50,662 nucleotides of DNA, taken from Octopus bimaculoides (lineage: Eukaryota). The notes under the pieces were generated by a model. The model ran no database searches. It worked only from the letters and a program-made list of their open reading frames with translations, and was not told where the DNA came from. Positions 1-12,423 of the stretch are shown here, piece after piece. Both the position numbers and the translations under genes were made by a program. The first letter of the stretch is position 1, and each line of letters starts with the position of its first letter. The stretch covers positions 38,521,728-38,572,389 of the forward strand of contig NC_068989.1 of assembly GCF_001194135.2 (NCBI RefSeq). The letters run 5' to 3'.

Positions 1-71
1 AATAGGAATACAAAATACAAAATGGCTGATAGTTAGCAAGGTGAGACACACATAAGAAAGAAGGAAACAAA

Positions 72-116
72 GGACCACTGATGAGGTCACAGAAGTGTGA
101 CGAAAGAACTCTGGCC
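72..116 (+). ncRNA. Minimal type I hammerhead ribozyme motif (Penelope/retrozyme-like)
   Basis: Stem I 5' GGACCA (72-77); core CTGATGA (78-84); extra G85; stem II GTCACA-GAAG-TGTGAC (86-101); GAAA (102-105); 2-bp stem III A105-T110/G106-C109; CUC triplet with cleavage after C111; stem I 3' TGGCC (112-116) with A74 bulged. Folded by eye. Confidence 0.65.
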
Positions 117-179
117 GAAATAAGATTAAGATTAATGTAATATAAAGCTGAAGCAAATTAACACCAAATATACAGTGCG

Positions 180-224
<45 letters not shown>

Positions 225-618
225 ATACACATATACTCATAAGCACATGCATGTAAATATATGGCTATTTGGTTTGCTTCTGTATATATGTATATATATA
301 TATATATATACACACATGCATATAGATGTGTCTATATAACCATGCACCTTTGACCAGTATCCTCATTCAATCCTCAAATGTTTAACAAAATTGCAGTTTG
401 ATGCAAGATTTTGTTGCTTTTTATATTACATTTTGAACTTGTTCTCTGCTGTTCTGTCTCATAGATTATCACTAAAGAATAAAGGACAAGAAAACTTAAG
501 AAATTAAACAACAAAAGCAAATAGACTAAGAAACAAAACAAATATATGTGTGTGGATGTGTGTGTGTGTAAATAAGTACACACACATGTAGATAACTATG
601 TAATGTAATACAGATGTT

Positions 619-657
<39 letters not shown>

Positions 658-1479
658 TTAGACATATACGCACTCATACACACACACACACACACACACA
701 TAATAGAGTAAATGTAAAATTAAAGATGCTTTAGATCAAAGACAAAACAAACAAGTATTATCACTTAATACCTTCAGAACTGTTTTCCATTTTAATATTT
801 ACTGTTTAGAAAATTGGATCAATTTATCTCCATTATTTGATAAGCAAAATGGTTTTATTTTAACAAAAAGCTATTGTTTATTCTGAAAAATTTCCATAAT
901 AATTTACTTAAACTCTCACAGTTTACATTTTCTCAACAGAATTTTCTTTTTACACACTGACAGAAAGTGTTGTAAGAGAGAGAGAATGAGTGAGAAAGAA
1001 AGAGAAAGAGTGTCATGAGAGAGAATGCATTGGAAGAAAGAGAGAGAGAGAGGCAATAATTTGTAAGTAAAAAGAATTACCGGCAATATAAACTGTTTAC
1101 CACGAATATGAGGTATTTGGATGACTATAACATGTTAGGCTTCATTCATAAATGCATGTGTAATTTTATAATCTTTGTGTCATTGCACTTTTTCTTTCTT
1201 ATCTCTGTACATACTTACACATGCATATATATATCATAACAGCAGCATTTGAATACATCTAGAATTTTTAGATATATTATGTTTGTGATTGTTGATATAA
1301 TTTTATGTTTGCATACCTGTTTGATTCTGTACATCTATCCATCTTATGTCCCTCCCTTCATCTCAATTGCCCTTGAATTGCTTCATCAAAAAACAAAAAC
1401 GTTATAAATTACTAGACCAATTTAGTTTTTTTTTTTGAATTGCATCATTTATAATTACATATCAATTAAACATTGAGCC

Positions 1480-1790
1480 AATGAAGAAGCCTCTACACAA
1501 ACATTTAACCAGCTAAAAATAGCAGCAATGTATACCAGATATTTGTTGTCAAGTGTACAGAACTTCTCTTGAGGACACATGCTGAAGGAATTTTCGAAAC
1601 CCTTACCGTTCAGATAATATACCACAAAAAGTTTCTTTTCATAATCTAACATTCTCTCAATTCACTGTCCTGGACTAGAACTTTATCAATGCCAAAAGCT
1701 GAGAGGCTTAGCTAACCTAAGCAAAAATTGAGCTTAAGATATTGAGAGCTTGGACAAATACCACAAAGCACCCTATTTGATGCTCTAATG
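1480..1790 (+). mobile_element. Possible very decayed R4/Dong-type RT C-terminal remnant
   Basis: Patchy translation (..LRGLANLSKN*A*DIESLDKY..) recalls the GGRGL..L...I..LDKY segment; many stops and frameshifts. Confidence 0.2.
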
Positions 1791-1855
1791 ACTCTACTAA
1801 TTTGATACTGTTTACAATAGCTATGCTGTATATTGACTTAAAATAGTTACATTCT

Positions 1856-1857
<2 letters not shown>

Positions 1858-1918
<61 letters not shown>
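1858..1918. repeat. (CA)n microsatellite
   Basis: Uninterrupted CA run. Many further CA/TA/TG runs occur across the window. Confidence 0.95.
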
Positions 1919-1920
<2 letters not shown>

Positions 1921-2404
1921 CCTCCTCATCATTATCATTTAGCATTCATGTTTGAAGTTCATGATTTTGCTTGGGCATAGTGATACTAAGAATCAGTTGT
2001 TTGAACGCAGTACATTCATGTTTTAAAGTAAAGTACCAAGCAAGTACATTAATATCAACTAATGATTAACAAAAGAACAGCAGTTACATAAAGAATGTAT
2101 TTACATCATTCCTATTCTTTTGTCATTCATTATTCTCCATACAATGTTACAGACCTTCCCCCCACTTTTATTCATCTTTGTTTCGTTGATGGGCTACCTA
2201 AGCACTCATTGCCACTATCTACTGGCATTTCCTCCTGAATATTTCTCTTTTCTCATTCTCTACCCCTCCTACTAAATGTTAATTGCTATGCAGATCTTCT
2301 ACAGGAACCTGTTTTAACTTCCCCTTCTCTCACTCTTTAATCCCTCATGCCCTTGTGTAAAAATAACACCCATCTTCTCTCAGATTTCATAGTCTTGCAA
2401 GCTG

Positions 2405-2840
2405 CATGGCAACCTGCGTAGTGCCCATACATGCCGTCATATTGTTGGCATTAGGAAAGGCAACCAGCTGTAGAAAACATGCCAAAGCAGACACTGGCAT
2501 ACAGTGTTGCCCTTGGATGTCCAACTCTCTCCGTCTCCTTCTAGGTAGGCATGACACCTGCTCCTGCCCCTCTATTCTAGTTTCTTGTCTCTCTATTCTC
2601 TATCCACTCAGTTGAGGTGTCTTGTTGTGTGGGGACTTGGTGCCATGACTGGTGCTGGTATTATGTAACAAAAAACACCCAGTACACTCTGTGAAGTGGT
2701 TGGAATTAGAAAGGGCATCCTGCTGTAGAAACTGTGTCAAAACAAACATAGAAACTGGTGTAGCCCTCTAACGCAACTGTTCTTGCTGAACTGTCTAACC
2801 CATGCCAGCATGGAAGAATGGACATTAAATGATGATGATT
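2405..2840 (+). mobile_element. Two truncated RTE 3'-UTR/tail copies
   Basis: Motif GTTGG(C/A)ATTAG(G/A)AAGG(G)CA..CAGCTGTAGAAA occurs twice; ends CCATGCCAGCATGGAA..GGACATTAAATGATGATGAT. Confidence 0.8.
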
Positions 2841-3199
2841 ATATAAATATATTTATGCATATGCATGTACATATACACTGGATGAATTACACCCCAGCTC
2901 CCAACATTTCTCATCCTGCTAGAAGTAGACACCTTGTATGCTAGATATACTATATAGATGTTATGCTATATATAATATGTTGTTATACTATACATATGAA
3001 ATATATTTGTATCTGTGTGATTGCTGGAATGCAACAAATATTGTGCCAAATATTCTCTTTGTATTGTATATATTAGGTATTTGAATTCATAATCTGCTGT
3101 GTATATCCTATATTAAATATACTGTATATATTATGTGAATCTCTCTCTCTCTCTCCATATATATATATATATACACACGCACACACACACACATATATA

Positions 3200-3600
3200 T
3201 ACATAGACAAATCACAAATCCCTTCGGGTAGATGGCCCTGCTTGATCAGTAAAAAAGGCGTAGGTAGAAACTCCATAAGATGTACCAAGTGTAAGTAATC
3301 GACAGTCTTATGTTACTTGCACCCATGCTGGTGACACATAAGAAGCACCTTTCGAACACTGGGTATCATAGAAACAGTGACAAGTGACCAAGACCTTTGG
3401 TGATATACCATGCTTGAGAAGACCTGTCAAGCCAAGTGATATCATTGTCGTGGTCGATGCTGGTGCTGCGTAACTGGCACCCATCCTGGTGGCACATTAA
3501 AAAAGACCTACTACACTCTTGGAGTGGTTGGTGTTAGAAAGGGTATCCAGTCATAGAAACCACAACAAATCAAACTGGAACTTGTCATTTGGCATGCTAT
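3200..3600 (+). mobile_element. RTE ORF scrap plus RTE 3' region
   Basis: 3200-3293 translates DKSQIPSGRWPCLISKKGVGRNSIRCTKCK, matching the RTE copy at about 42600-42690; followed by the 3'-UTR motifs. Confidence 0.75.
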
Positions 3601-3940
3601 ACAGAAAGTCCTGTGGGCTGCAGGTTGCCCACAATTTCATCGGGGGATGTTTTCACATACTCTGTTCATGAAGTCAATTTAGATTTGATGTGAGGTGTCT
3701 AGGTTTTATGGAGATAGCATCTGGGTATGGAAGGTTTGTAAAGGAATGAAAAGTCGTATTATCTATATATGCGTATATACTCGCCAGAGGTGATAGTGTG
3801 CAGATCATAGAGAGTTCCTTTTATATACACCTAGATGCTACAATCTGATAGGATGCCACTGGTCCAAAAGATGGATGAAACCTATAGGCAGACACTTTTG
3901 TCTGGAGAGGAAAGACAGACACAGTTGTTTTCCTGTGTTG

Positions 3941-4170
3941 GAGGCAATAACACTGGTAGAATAGTTAGTATTAGATAAAATACTTAGCAGCATTTTTCTT
4001 GCTCTTTAAAATTCTGAGTTCCAATCACTCTGAGGTCAGCTTTGTCTTTCTTCCTTTCATAATCAATAAAACAAAGTACCAGTCATATACTGAGGATATC
4101 GATGTAATCAGCTGACCACTTTGCTTCTAAAATGTCTGGCCTTGTGTCAAAATTAGGAAGAATTATTACT
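3941..4170 (+). mobile_element. tRNA-derived SINE family A, decayed
   Basis: Aligns by eye to 35014-35248: head, B-box-like GAGTTCCAATC, central TTTGTCTTTCTTCCTTTC..AAGTACCAG. Confidence 0.7.
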
Positions 4171-4544
4171 GTTATATCAGGACATGAGTATTCATCTTGG
4201 CTTTTATAGTCACAAAGTTTCAGACGTTTTTACCTCAGGTCTTCACTGAATCTAAATGTTGATTAAATGTTGTAGTGTAGCTTGTCAGCTTGGGATTAAT
4301 CCCTGGGTCAGACATGTTATTGATATTCTGGTTGAACTAGTGGCATCACAAATAATAGAATAACTAATAAGAAGAATATCTGTAGTATGGCTAACAAAAT
4401 GAAGGTTTGTTTCTAGATTCCGAGAATATTACTAAGTATGAAGGTCAAAAGGTACAGTGACCAAAATGTTGTGCTTCAACTCTAACAAATGAGGTTAACA
4501 ACACTAATTTCAAATATATCACTGTATAATACTTGCTTCTGATA

Positions 4545-4710
4545 GGTATGAGACAGGAATTTGAGTAAATGGAGATTTAGTTGATTAAATCAGCTTAAAT
4601 ACTTTACTAGTACTTTACTTCATCGACTCTGGAGGAGTGTGTAGTGAAGTTGACTTCAACAAGACTTGAATTTAGAGCGTAAAGAACCAGAACAGATACT
4701 ACAAGGCATT
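4545..4710 (-). mobile_element. SINE family A, decayed
   Basis: Reverse complement of the central domain (TAGTACTTTACTTCATCGACTCTGGAGG..GTGAAGTTGACTTC..TTGAATTTAGA). Confidence 0.6.
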
Positions 4711-4711
4711 G

Positions 4712-5200
4712 AAATCAAAATCGAACCGAATCTGACGACTGGCACCTATGCCAGTGGAGCACTAACAGCACTGTCCGAGCGTGTTCATTGCCAGAGCAGA
4801 TGTCTGGCAGAGCAGATGTCTGTGCTTGTGGCCCATAAATAGCACCATTTGAGCGTAATCATTACCAGTGTTGCCATCTAGCACTTGTTCTGGTGGCACG
4901 TTAGTAAATCATTCGAGCGAGGTTGTTGCCAGGGCCGCTGAACTGGCTCCCATGCAGGTGGCATGTAAAAAATATCTTTTTGAGCGTGGCCGTTGCCAGT
5001 ACCGTGTGACTGGCCCTCGTGCCGGTGGCACATAAAAGCACCCACTACACTCTTGAAGTGGTTGGCATTAGGAAGGGCATCCAGCTGTAACTGGATCGGA
5101 TTGGAGCCTGGTGCAGCCTACTGGCTTGCCAGTCCTCAGTCAAATCGTCCAACCCATGCTAGCATGGAAAGCGGACATTAAACGATGATGATGATGATGA
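4712..5200 (+). mobile_element. RTE 3'-UTR copy, well preserved
   Basis: GGTGGCAC(G/A)TAAAAGCACC modules, GTTGGCATTAGGAAGGGCATCCAGC, terminal hairpin and (GAT)n tail; closely matches 49780-50105. Confidence 0.85.
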
Positions 5201-6009
5201 TTGATAATTTTTAATCTTAGAAATTCAGACAAAATTAATAGTTGCCACCATCATCTTTGCAATGTTTGGATGGAGTGCAATAGGAAAGTTATTAGAGAGG
5301 TCAAAGGGATTGCCTTCTTTTAGGAATAGGACAACCACAGTTTATTTTTAAAGATTGGGAGATATTCTTGTAAAGAAAAGAAGAGAGAGAAGAGAAGAGG
5401 GAGAGAGAGTGTGTGTGTATGTGTGTGTGTGTAATTGGAGAGTTTGGTGAAAATAAGGATTAGCTTTGGGTTGCTTTGTTCATTTGTTTGAGGGTGATGA
5501 AAAGGATACCAGCAAACACCTGCCCCCACCCCACCACCTACATGCACACAATTGATAGGTACAGTTTCTTTCAAATAAATTCCACTCACAAAGCATTGGA
5601 CATCTCTAGGCCCTGTTGGAAGGCAGACACCCAAATTACTGAGCAGCAGGATAAAGCTAGGAATTGGATGGTCGCAAACTAAACTTTTATTCCAATGGGT
5701 ATACTTGCACCTATGTTCAAAGCATTCCATGCATAACTAACATGTTTTTTCTTCAGGACAATATTCCAAGACTACATTATCTAGTGTCTTTTTTTTCTGC
5801 TTCTTTCTAGACATATTTTCATTGAAATTGACTGTTATTTCTAGTTAACTGAGCTATCATACAAAAGGTTCCTCATTCACTTCAACAAACATTTTGACTC
5901 TTTCGATACGAACCTGTCAGAAACCGCTTTAAAGTGATCTAAGTTTTAAAATGGCCACCAAAATTTCAGGTTAATTTATATTTCAACCACCAATCAATAC
6001 TGATTTCAG

Positions 6010-6165
6010 ATTTTAGCACAAGACCAGCAAATTTGGGGGAGTGGATAAGTCAATGACATCGACCCCAGTGTTCAACTGGTATTTATTTTTTTGACCCTGG
6101 AAAAATGAAAGGCAAAGTTGGCCTTGGTGGAATTTGAACTCAGAACATGATGACTGACAGAAATT
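6010..6165 (-). mobile_element. SINE family A
   Basis: ATCGACCCCAGTG..CTGGTATTTATTT..GACCCTGG..ATGAAAGGCAAAGTTGGCCTTGGTGGAATTTGAACTCAGAAC. Confidence 0.8.
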
Positions 6166-6826
6166 AGTTAACGAGCACTGTTATTTTACAAAATTCTTTA
6201 TTTTCAAAATTTACTGAAACAAAGTCAGTGCATTTCAAAAGAAATTTCACCACAAAAGGGTTATGCTGATACCTCACATTTCTCTATATCTAACTGTAAT
6301 TATCTAGAAATATATGTCATGATAGAATATTACTTTTACTCTACATATATTTCATACACTCTCTCTACCATACAATATTTCTACATGTGTCTCTTGATGC
6401 TTTGCTTGATGTTATCTTTGTATTTTCACTTACTCATTGTATTATTATTATTACTAACATCTACAGAAGTATGACACCCAATGGCTTAATATTAGCTTTG
6501 CAGCTATCACAAAAGCTTTTACATAGATTACCTTTGCCATGTTTGTTCTGCATGTGTGTATGCTTTCAAATGTCCTTTTTAAAATTACTGCTGTGTTAAT
6601 AGAATATAGTACATTGTATAGGTTTGATGTTATTATATGTGTATCTATGAGTTTGTGTGAATATGAAATAGACCTATGACACATTTACATGTCACATGTA
6701 TGTGTGTAGAAAAGTGTATGTATATCTGTGTACTTACATTATAGACATACATTACATTATGTATGTATGCATATATATATATATATATATATATCTATAT
6801 ATATATATATGTGTGTNNNNNNNNNN

Positions 6827-6892
<66 letters not shown>

Positions 6893-7352
6893 TACACACA
6901 TGCATGTATGTTATGTCTGTGTTTGTATGCATGTATGAATGTATGTATATTTATGATAGAGAGGAAGACACATGGGTGCTGCAAAACATAAGCTATTCCT
7001 TTCTTCATTAAGTTTACCTTGTTTTCCCATTGTGTGTTTTTTATGCAAAAAAAAAAAATGTGTGTGTATATATGCATATATACATATGTACATGCACACT
7101 CAAAGTGCAGATATTATACATAAATATTACACACACACATATACACACATGCACACACACATGTTCTTCTAATCATCTAAGTTAAACATTACCTTCCTAT
7201 TTATTTAGGTTTGAAGCAAATTTCATTGCAACTTCTGAGAACCAATCACACACAGCAAACAGTCTATGATTCAAAGATAGTTCTACAAACTAATCATGTT
7301 TTGTTTGCCAAGACTATTAAATTTCAATATTGTTTTTGTTGTTTTTCTTATC

Positions 7353-7388
<36 letters not shown>

Positions 7389-7529
7389 AATATATATTTG
7401 TATGTGTGTGCTTATGTTTTAATTCTTATTTTACCTTTGTTTTTATGTTCACTTGTCTTTTTCTTTTCTTCTATATAGCTATATAGCAGTGGTTGATGGT
7501 AATGGTGCTGTGGATTATATATTGATGTT

Positions 7530-7740
7530 GTTGATATTGTTGTTGAGCACCAGGTCAACCCTGAACAAGCAGACCTATAATGAAACATACATCCTGTACA
7601 TGAACAGCATGTCTGTTTTCAAGTCTACACTATCTCACGTCTTTTTTTTTTTAAAGACGCTAATGTGATGTGAAGCATATTTTGCTGCCCTTTCTAACAG
7701 GAGCAATGACATTGCTGAGGCAACCCTTGTTGGCTCATTG
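7530..7740 (+). mobile_element. Short interspersed repeat family C (unclassified)
   Basis: Shares GTTGTT..CCAGGTCA..CTGA..AGCAGACCTATRAT and GTGATTTGA..ATTTGCTGC..TTTCTA with 8300-8720, 29940-29980, 47715-47890 and (reverse) 48240-48400. Confidence 0.6.
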
Positions 7741-7879
7741 ATGTTTGTGTCATTGTTGTTTAGTTGGTTGGTTGTTTTATCTGAAGCGAAGTTGATGCCA
7801 TGGCATTAACTGGCTGGAGGATTACATTAGTGATTTTCACAGTGATGAATATAATCATCAAAATGAGGAATGAGCCGGT

Positions 7880-8300
7880 GTGTATGAGCATAGAGAGATG
7901 ATGGTAGTAATAATGATGAAAGTGGTGATAATGATGGTTACAAAAATGGTGAATTTCTTGATCTGTATAATGGTGAGGGTGGTAGTGGTGGTGGTAACAG
8001 TGTTGTTGTGATGGTGATTATGATGGCGGTAACCATAATGGCAAATTTGATTATGTATATGATGATGATGATAATTATATTGGTGAATCTGTTGATATTA
8101 TATAGGATGGGGATGACGATGATGCCGATCTTAATAGTGAACAAGGTGTTTACATATGATGGCAGGGATTTTAAGGTGATGACAATGATCATCATAATAG
8201 TAAATGTCTTTTTTCAATGATATGATGGTATGAAGATGATGATGGTGTTGGTGATTGTGTAGTAGTGATGATGATATTGGTGATAATGATGATGATGATG
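7880..8300. repeat. (GAT/GGT)n degenerate low-complexity tract
   Basis: Imperfect triplet repeats that generate spurious Met/Ile-rich ORFs. Confidence 0.9.
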
Positions 8301-8413
8301 TTGTTTAGATCTAGATTGAACCTAACTGATATAATCAGTGACATTCCAATCATAATACTCTTGCCTTGTTCAATACTTTTGTGACAACATAATTGAATGC
8401 GTCCTCTCTTTTT

Positions 8414-8641
8414 TTAACCATCTAGCACCTAAACCGACCATATCCAACCAAAGTATTCTACCTGTTTTATGCTCAAACTGGCCAGATCTGGCCTCTCACA
8501 CCAATCTTACAATATAAGTCTAAAAATTAACAGTTAGCTCATCAAAATCTCAAGGCTACAAAAACAATGCTTGATTAATTAAAAACAATGTGAATAATTA
8601 AGCATTACTTTTCACAAATAATGTGAATGTGAAATGGTTAA
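8414..8641. mobile_element. TTAA-flanked MITE (piggyBac-like)
   Basis: TTAA at 8414-8417 and 8638-8641; termini TTAACCAT...ATGGTTAA; 220-bp non-coding interior. Confidence 0.6.
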
Positions 8642-9079
8642 GATAATGGGATGACAAATGAGTAAAATTTGGTTGCTATTTTTAGCAGATTCCACAACCA
8701 TATCAAGCCTCACACTTCTTTGGCCCTAGAATAAATATAAGTATGATTGTGATGAAAGAGATGGATATGAGGTGGGTGAAGGGGTTATGATGATAAGTTC
8801 CTTCTTAATTTATTGGAAGAGGAGACTATGGGTTTGTATGGTTAACAGGGCTGTGTTTGCAGCACTGTTGGCTCCCAGGCAAAGTAATAACCTGGGGCCA
8901 TTACATACACAACCATAGCATATATAGATTATCATTGAGCCCCTTAGACATGAGGGAACTTTAAACCATTATCCAGTGTGCCCAAATCTTAATACAACTC
9001 TGATGGTCAATATCTAGTTTTGCTTTCTAGGTTTAAAAATTTAATGGCAATAACAATGATGATGAAAGTAATAATAATG

Positions 9080-9132
<53 letters not shown>

Positions 9133-9348
9133 CATGATTGTTTTTAATTTAGGATAACGGCTAGTAATTTTAAAGCTAAGGTGTAAGTTGATGCCATTGA
9201 CACTAGTATTTAAATGGTACTTCATTTTATCAACCTCAGAAACATGAATGACAGGATTTGAATTCAAAATATACAGCAGCATAGATAAAAGGCATTTTGT
9301 TTAACAAAATCAACCATGCATCATTATTACTATCATAACAACAACAAC

Positions 9349-9964
9349 AAGTAACTGCTGACTATGTGGTGAAGAAACAATAAATCATATTGTCTCTGGC
9401 TGCCCAGTCCTGACTAAAAGGAATGTATTCACAGACACAACAGAGTTGGGACCTATATACATTGGAAGCTATGTCAACACTGTGGGATAACAACAGAAAA
9501 TGGTTTACAGGAAATGAGAAAGCAACCATACTCTGAAATATGTCAATACACATATAGAGAAATCAAGGCTAATAGGCTAGATATAGTTGCCAGAGATCAC
9601 CAAGAAATAAACAAAAACTTTTTAGTCAATGTCTCAATACCAACAGATGACAACTTTCAAAATACAAAGATCTGAAACTAGAGATAACTCAAATGTGGAG
9701 CCTAAAAGCAGAAACAATTCCTATTATAGCAGGCACATTAGATATGAAAAATATATAACAAAATAACCAGGACTTACAAGTATATATAACACTAAAATAA
9801 TAGCACTACTAGGCACTGCACACATCCTACATTAAACACTTTCAATGCAGTGAAATTAAGAGCACCACAACAAACCACAGCACATACTCAAGGCACACGG
9901 AGCTATGGTCATTAGTGCAGTGAAAGCACATAATAAAGATAAGACTACTAAATAATAATAATAA
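9349..9964 (+). mobile_element. R4/Dong-clade non-LTR retrotransposon 3' end (CCHC + RLE endonuclease), pseudogenised
   Basis: C*LCGEETINHIVSGCPVL..HRHNRVGTYIHWKLCQH, REIKANRLDIV, SKYKDLKLEITQMWSLK, ALLGTAHIL; 3' UTR then (TAA)n tail. Confidence 0.9.
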
Positions 9965-10232
9965 TCTATATATATATAACCGAGGAAGTGTGTGTGTAAA
10001 CCCACAGAACTTTTGAAGTTCACAACTGGTTTACTCCGAACTGGAAACATACATTACTTATGTTCAAGAGATGGTTTTAGACTCTTGAAATTTTCGCATA
10101 ATGAGTAATGGAGCCTGTGGAGGCAGAAAACCTCCTTTCCTAGGTAAACAATACGATCATATAACTTGGTTGCTTCGTTGGTTCAAGAGATATTACTCTT
10201 GATGACATACTTCTGTTAATTTCTCTATCTCT

Positions 10233-10265
<33 letters not shown>

Positions 10266-11597
10266 GATGTGTGTGTGTGTGAGAAAACCTGCAAAACTTC
10301 TGAAGTTTGCAACTGATTTTCTCCGAACTGGGAACATACATTACTTTTGTTCCAGAGATGGTTTTAGACTCTTAAAATTTTTCACATAATTTCCTAGGGT
10401 ACATATGACTGCTACATGGTTCATATATTGGCTTCTGTTCAAGCTGGAAAAACAGCTACTGAAATGATATAAGTAGGTTGTATTAAATGGATGAACTGAT
10501 GTAGCCTTCTAACGGTGTTGTCTAAGTGGTAGCAATAATAGCCTGTTCATGTAGTACCATAGGTAGCAATTTGTTGGAATAAGAACCGTTTGGAATTCAC
10601 TATGTTTATTGTGAAAAATATGCTAAAATAAGTTAAATCCTGAGCAACTTTTCAACTATTTTCTTTTAGCTTCAGTATCAAAGTCTTCCTTTTAAGAATA
10701 GATGAAACCCATACAAATATTCTTCAGCTATTGATTACAACCTGAAATATTGCATGTACATTAACCTACTAATTTATAGTGTCTGAGACCCAACCGCATT
10801 AGTTAGATACTGTGTCCTTCATGTGACCTTACGTGCTTGGATGCTGTATGAAGAATTGTTTACGTTTGGGAGCTGTATTGTCCTCACAATAGTCGCACAT
10901 TGTTTACGTGAGGGAGTGCATGGTTGAGCCACAACCATTGATTCCTAACCATGTCAGCAACCTAACATCATGTGACCCAACCACATTTATTAGAGACCTT
11001 GTCCTTAATATGACCATGTCCTTAATATGACCATGTGTATCCTGATGCTGCATGCAGAACTGTTTTGGGAGCTGAGTTGTTCTCACAATAGTTGCACACT
11101 GTTTACACGAAGGAGTGCATGAGCCATGACTATTGATCCCAAACTGAAATATTGCATGACAGTGTTGTTTCAGGCACTTCCTTACCACCTCCATTTATGA
11201 CATCATTTCTTTCATGTAGATTTCTCTTATGTGGTGCTGTTGAGCATGCTCACAGGCTTAATTTATCACATATAGGTATTTCCTATGTCTACTGATTGTT
11301 CAGCGTGGTAGCAGCAGTGCCAACAAGCGCAAAAGAAAGTATATCCACTGAGAGCTTTTTGATGCATTCAAAGATCATATACCCACTCCACCACCCAGAT
11401 TTCCATGACAGGGTTAGAGCCTGGAATCTTCCAAACAGATGCATGACATGTCACTTAGATGAATTAGCCCTTCATTTTCTCCACAAATGTTTTGTTGTTA
11501 ATGCTGCACTTCCCTGTATCACATGTTTCAACTTAACTGTACCATATATACAAACTATGCAATTTAAATCCATAGCAATGCCGGGTATGTCTGCTAG
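9965..11597 (+). mobile_element. Non-autonomous Helitron-like element
   Basis: Starts A|TCTATATATA at 9965. Ends with decayed hairpin CCATAGCAATGCCGGG then CTAG|T at 11594-11597. No TSD; the flanks rejoin as (TAA)n. Confidence 0.55.
10730..11160. repeat. Diverged ~200-bp tandem repeat with an internal 17-bp duplication
   Basis: GATGCTG..TTGGGAGCTG..TCACAATAGT.GCACA.TGTTTAC..GGAGTGCATG at about 10840 and 11044; CTGAAATATTGCATG at about 10743 and 11144; GTCCTTAATATGACCAT x2 at 11001-11034. Confidence 0.85.
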
Positions 11598-11599
11598 TA

Positions 11600-11641
<42 letters not shown>

Positions 11642-11645
<4 letters not shown>

Positions 11646-11855
11646 CTTTCCACTATAGGTACAGACCTGAAACTGTGTTGGGGGATAGTTGATTATGTTG
11701 ACCCCACTACTCAATTGGTATTTATTTTATTGACCTTGAAAGGATGAAAAGCCAAGTCGACCTCAGCGGAATTTGAACTAAGTATGTAAAGATGGATGAA
11801 GTGCTGCTAAACATTTTGCCTGGTGTGTTAACAGATCTGCCAGCTCACTGTCTTA
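11642..11855 (-). mobile_element. SINE family A, near full length, flanked by (TAA)n
   Basis: Reverse head TAAGACAGTGAGCTGGCAGATC..., B box AGTTCAAATTCC, central GTCGACTTGGCTTTTCATCCTTTC. Confidence 0.85.
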
Positions 11856-12039
11856 ATGATGATGATAATAATATTAATAATAATAATAATAATGATAACA
11901 ATAATAACAACAATAATCATAATGGTGGTCATTCCCATCAATTTCGACATATAAGTGTTCAAAGGAGATGATTTAATAGAAAAAAATGTGAAAAAGAGAA
12001 CAAACAACTTTATAAGTAAAAGAACAAAAGAAGCTGCAT

Positions 12040-12370
12040 CTACTTGTGATGGATGTGTGAATGTAATTTGAATCCAGATATGGATTTTGCCATGAAGTCA
12101 CAATGGAGACATTGATGATTTTGATTTTGCCTGGGATTGGGCAGACATGTTTGTTGATTGCAGGATATAATTCTTTTATTGTTCCATTTATTTAACTCAA
12201 AATGTTTTAAAGCATCATGATGCATTTTATGCCATGCAGATAGATCTAGGCAATGACTTTCCCAAGATGTCAAAGTAAGCTGTAGAGACTTTACTAAGCT
12301 GTAGAGATAAACATCAACTTGTCCTTACACCAAAGGATGGGTCTTCCTTTACTGTGGTATCCCTCTTTTT
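12040..12370 (-). mobile_element. RTE (BovB-like) ORF C-terminus remnant
   Basis: GRPILWCKDKL..SWESHCLDLSAWHK..ALKHFE..HQCLHCDFMAKSISGFKLHSHIH* resembles the GRP..KD..SWE..DR..W..FE..C..C..H...H end of RTE proteins. Confidence 0.75.
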
Positions 12371-12377
12371 CTTGGCT

Positions 12378-12408
<31 letters not shown>

Positions 12409-12423
12409 GAGTAATAATAATAA

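Noticed and set aside
85-135. Alternative hammerhead fold using the second GAAA (117-120)
   Set aside because: It gives a long stem II, but no stem I partner follows.
6696-7172. Many overlapping ORFs rich in Y/I/C/V/H/T (also at 17290-17663, 30472-31488, 39761-40065)
   Set aside because: Translations of TA/TG/CA microsatellites.
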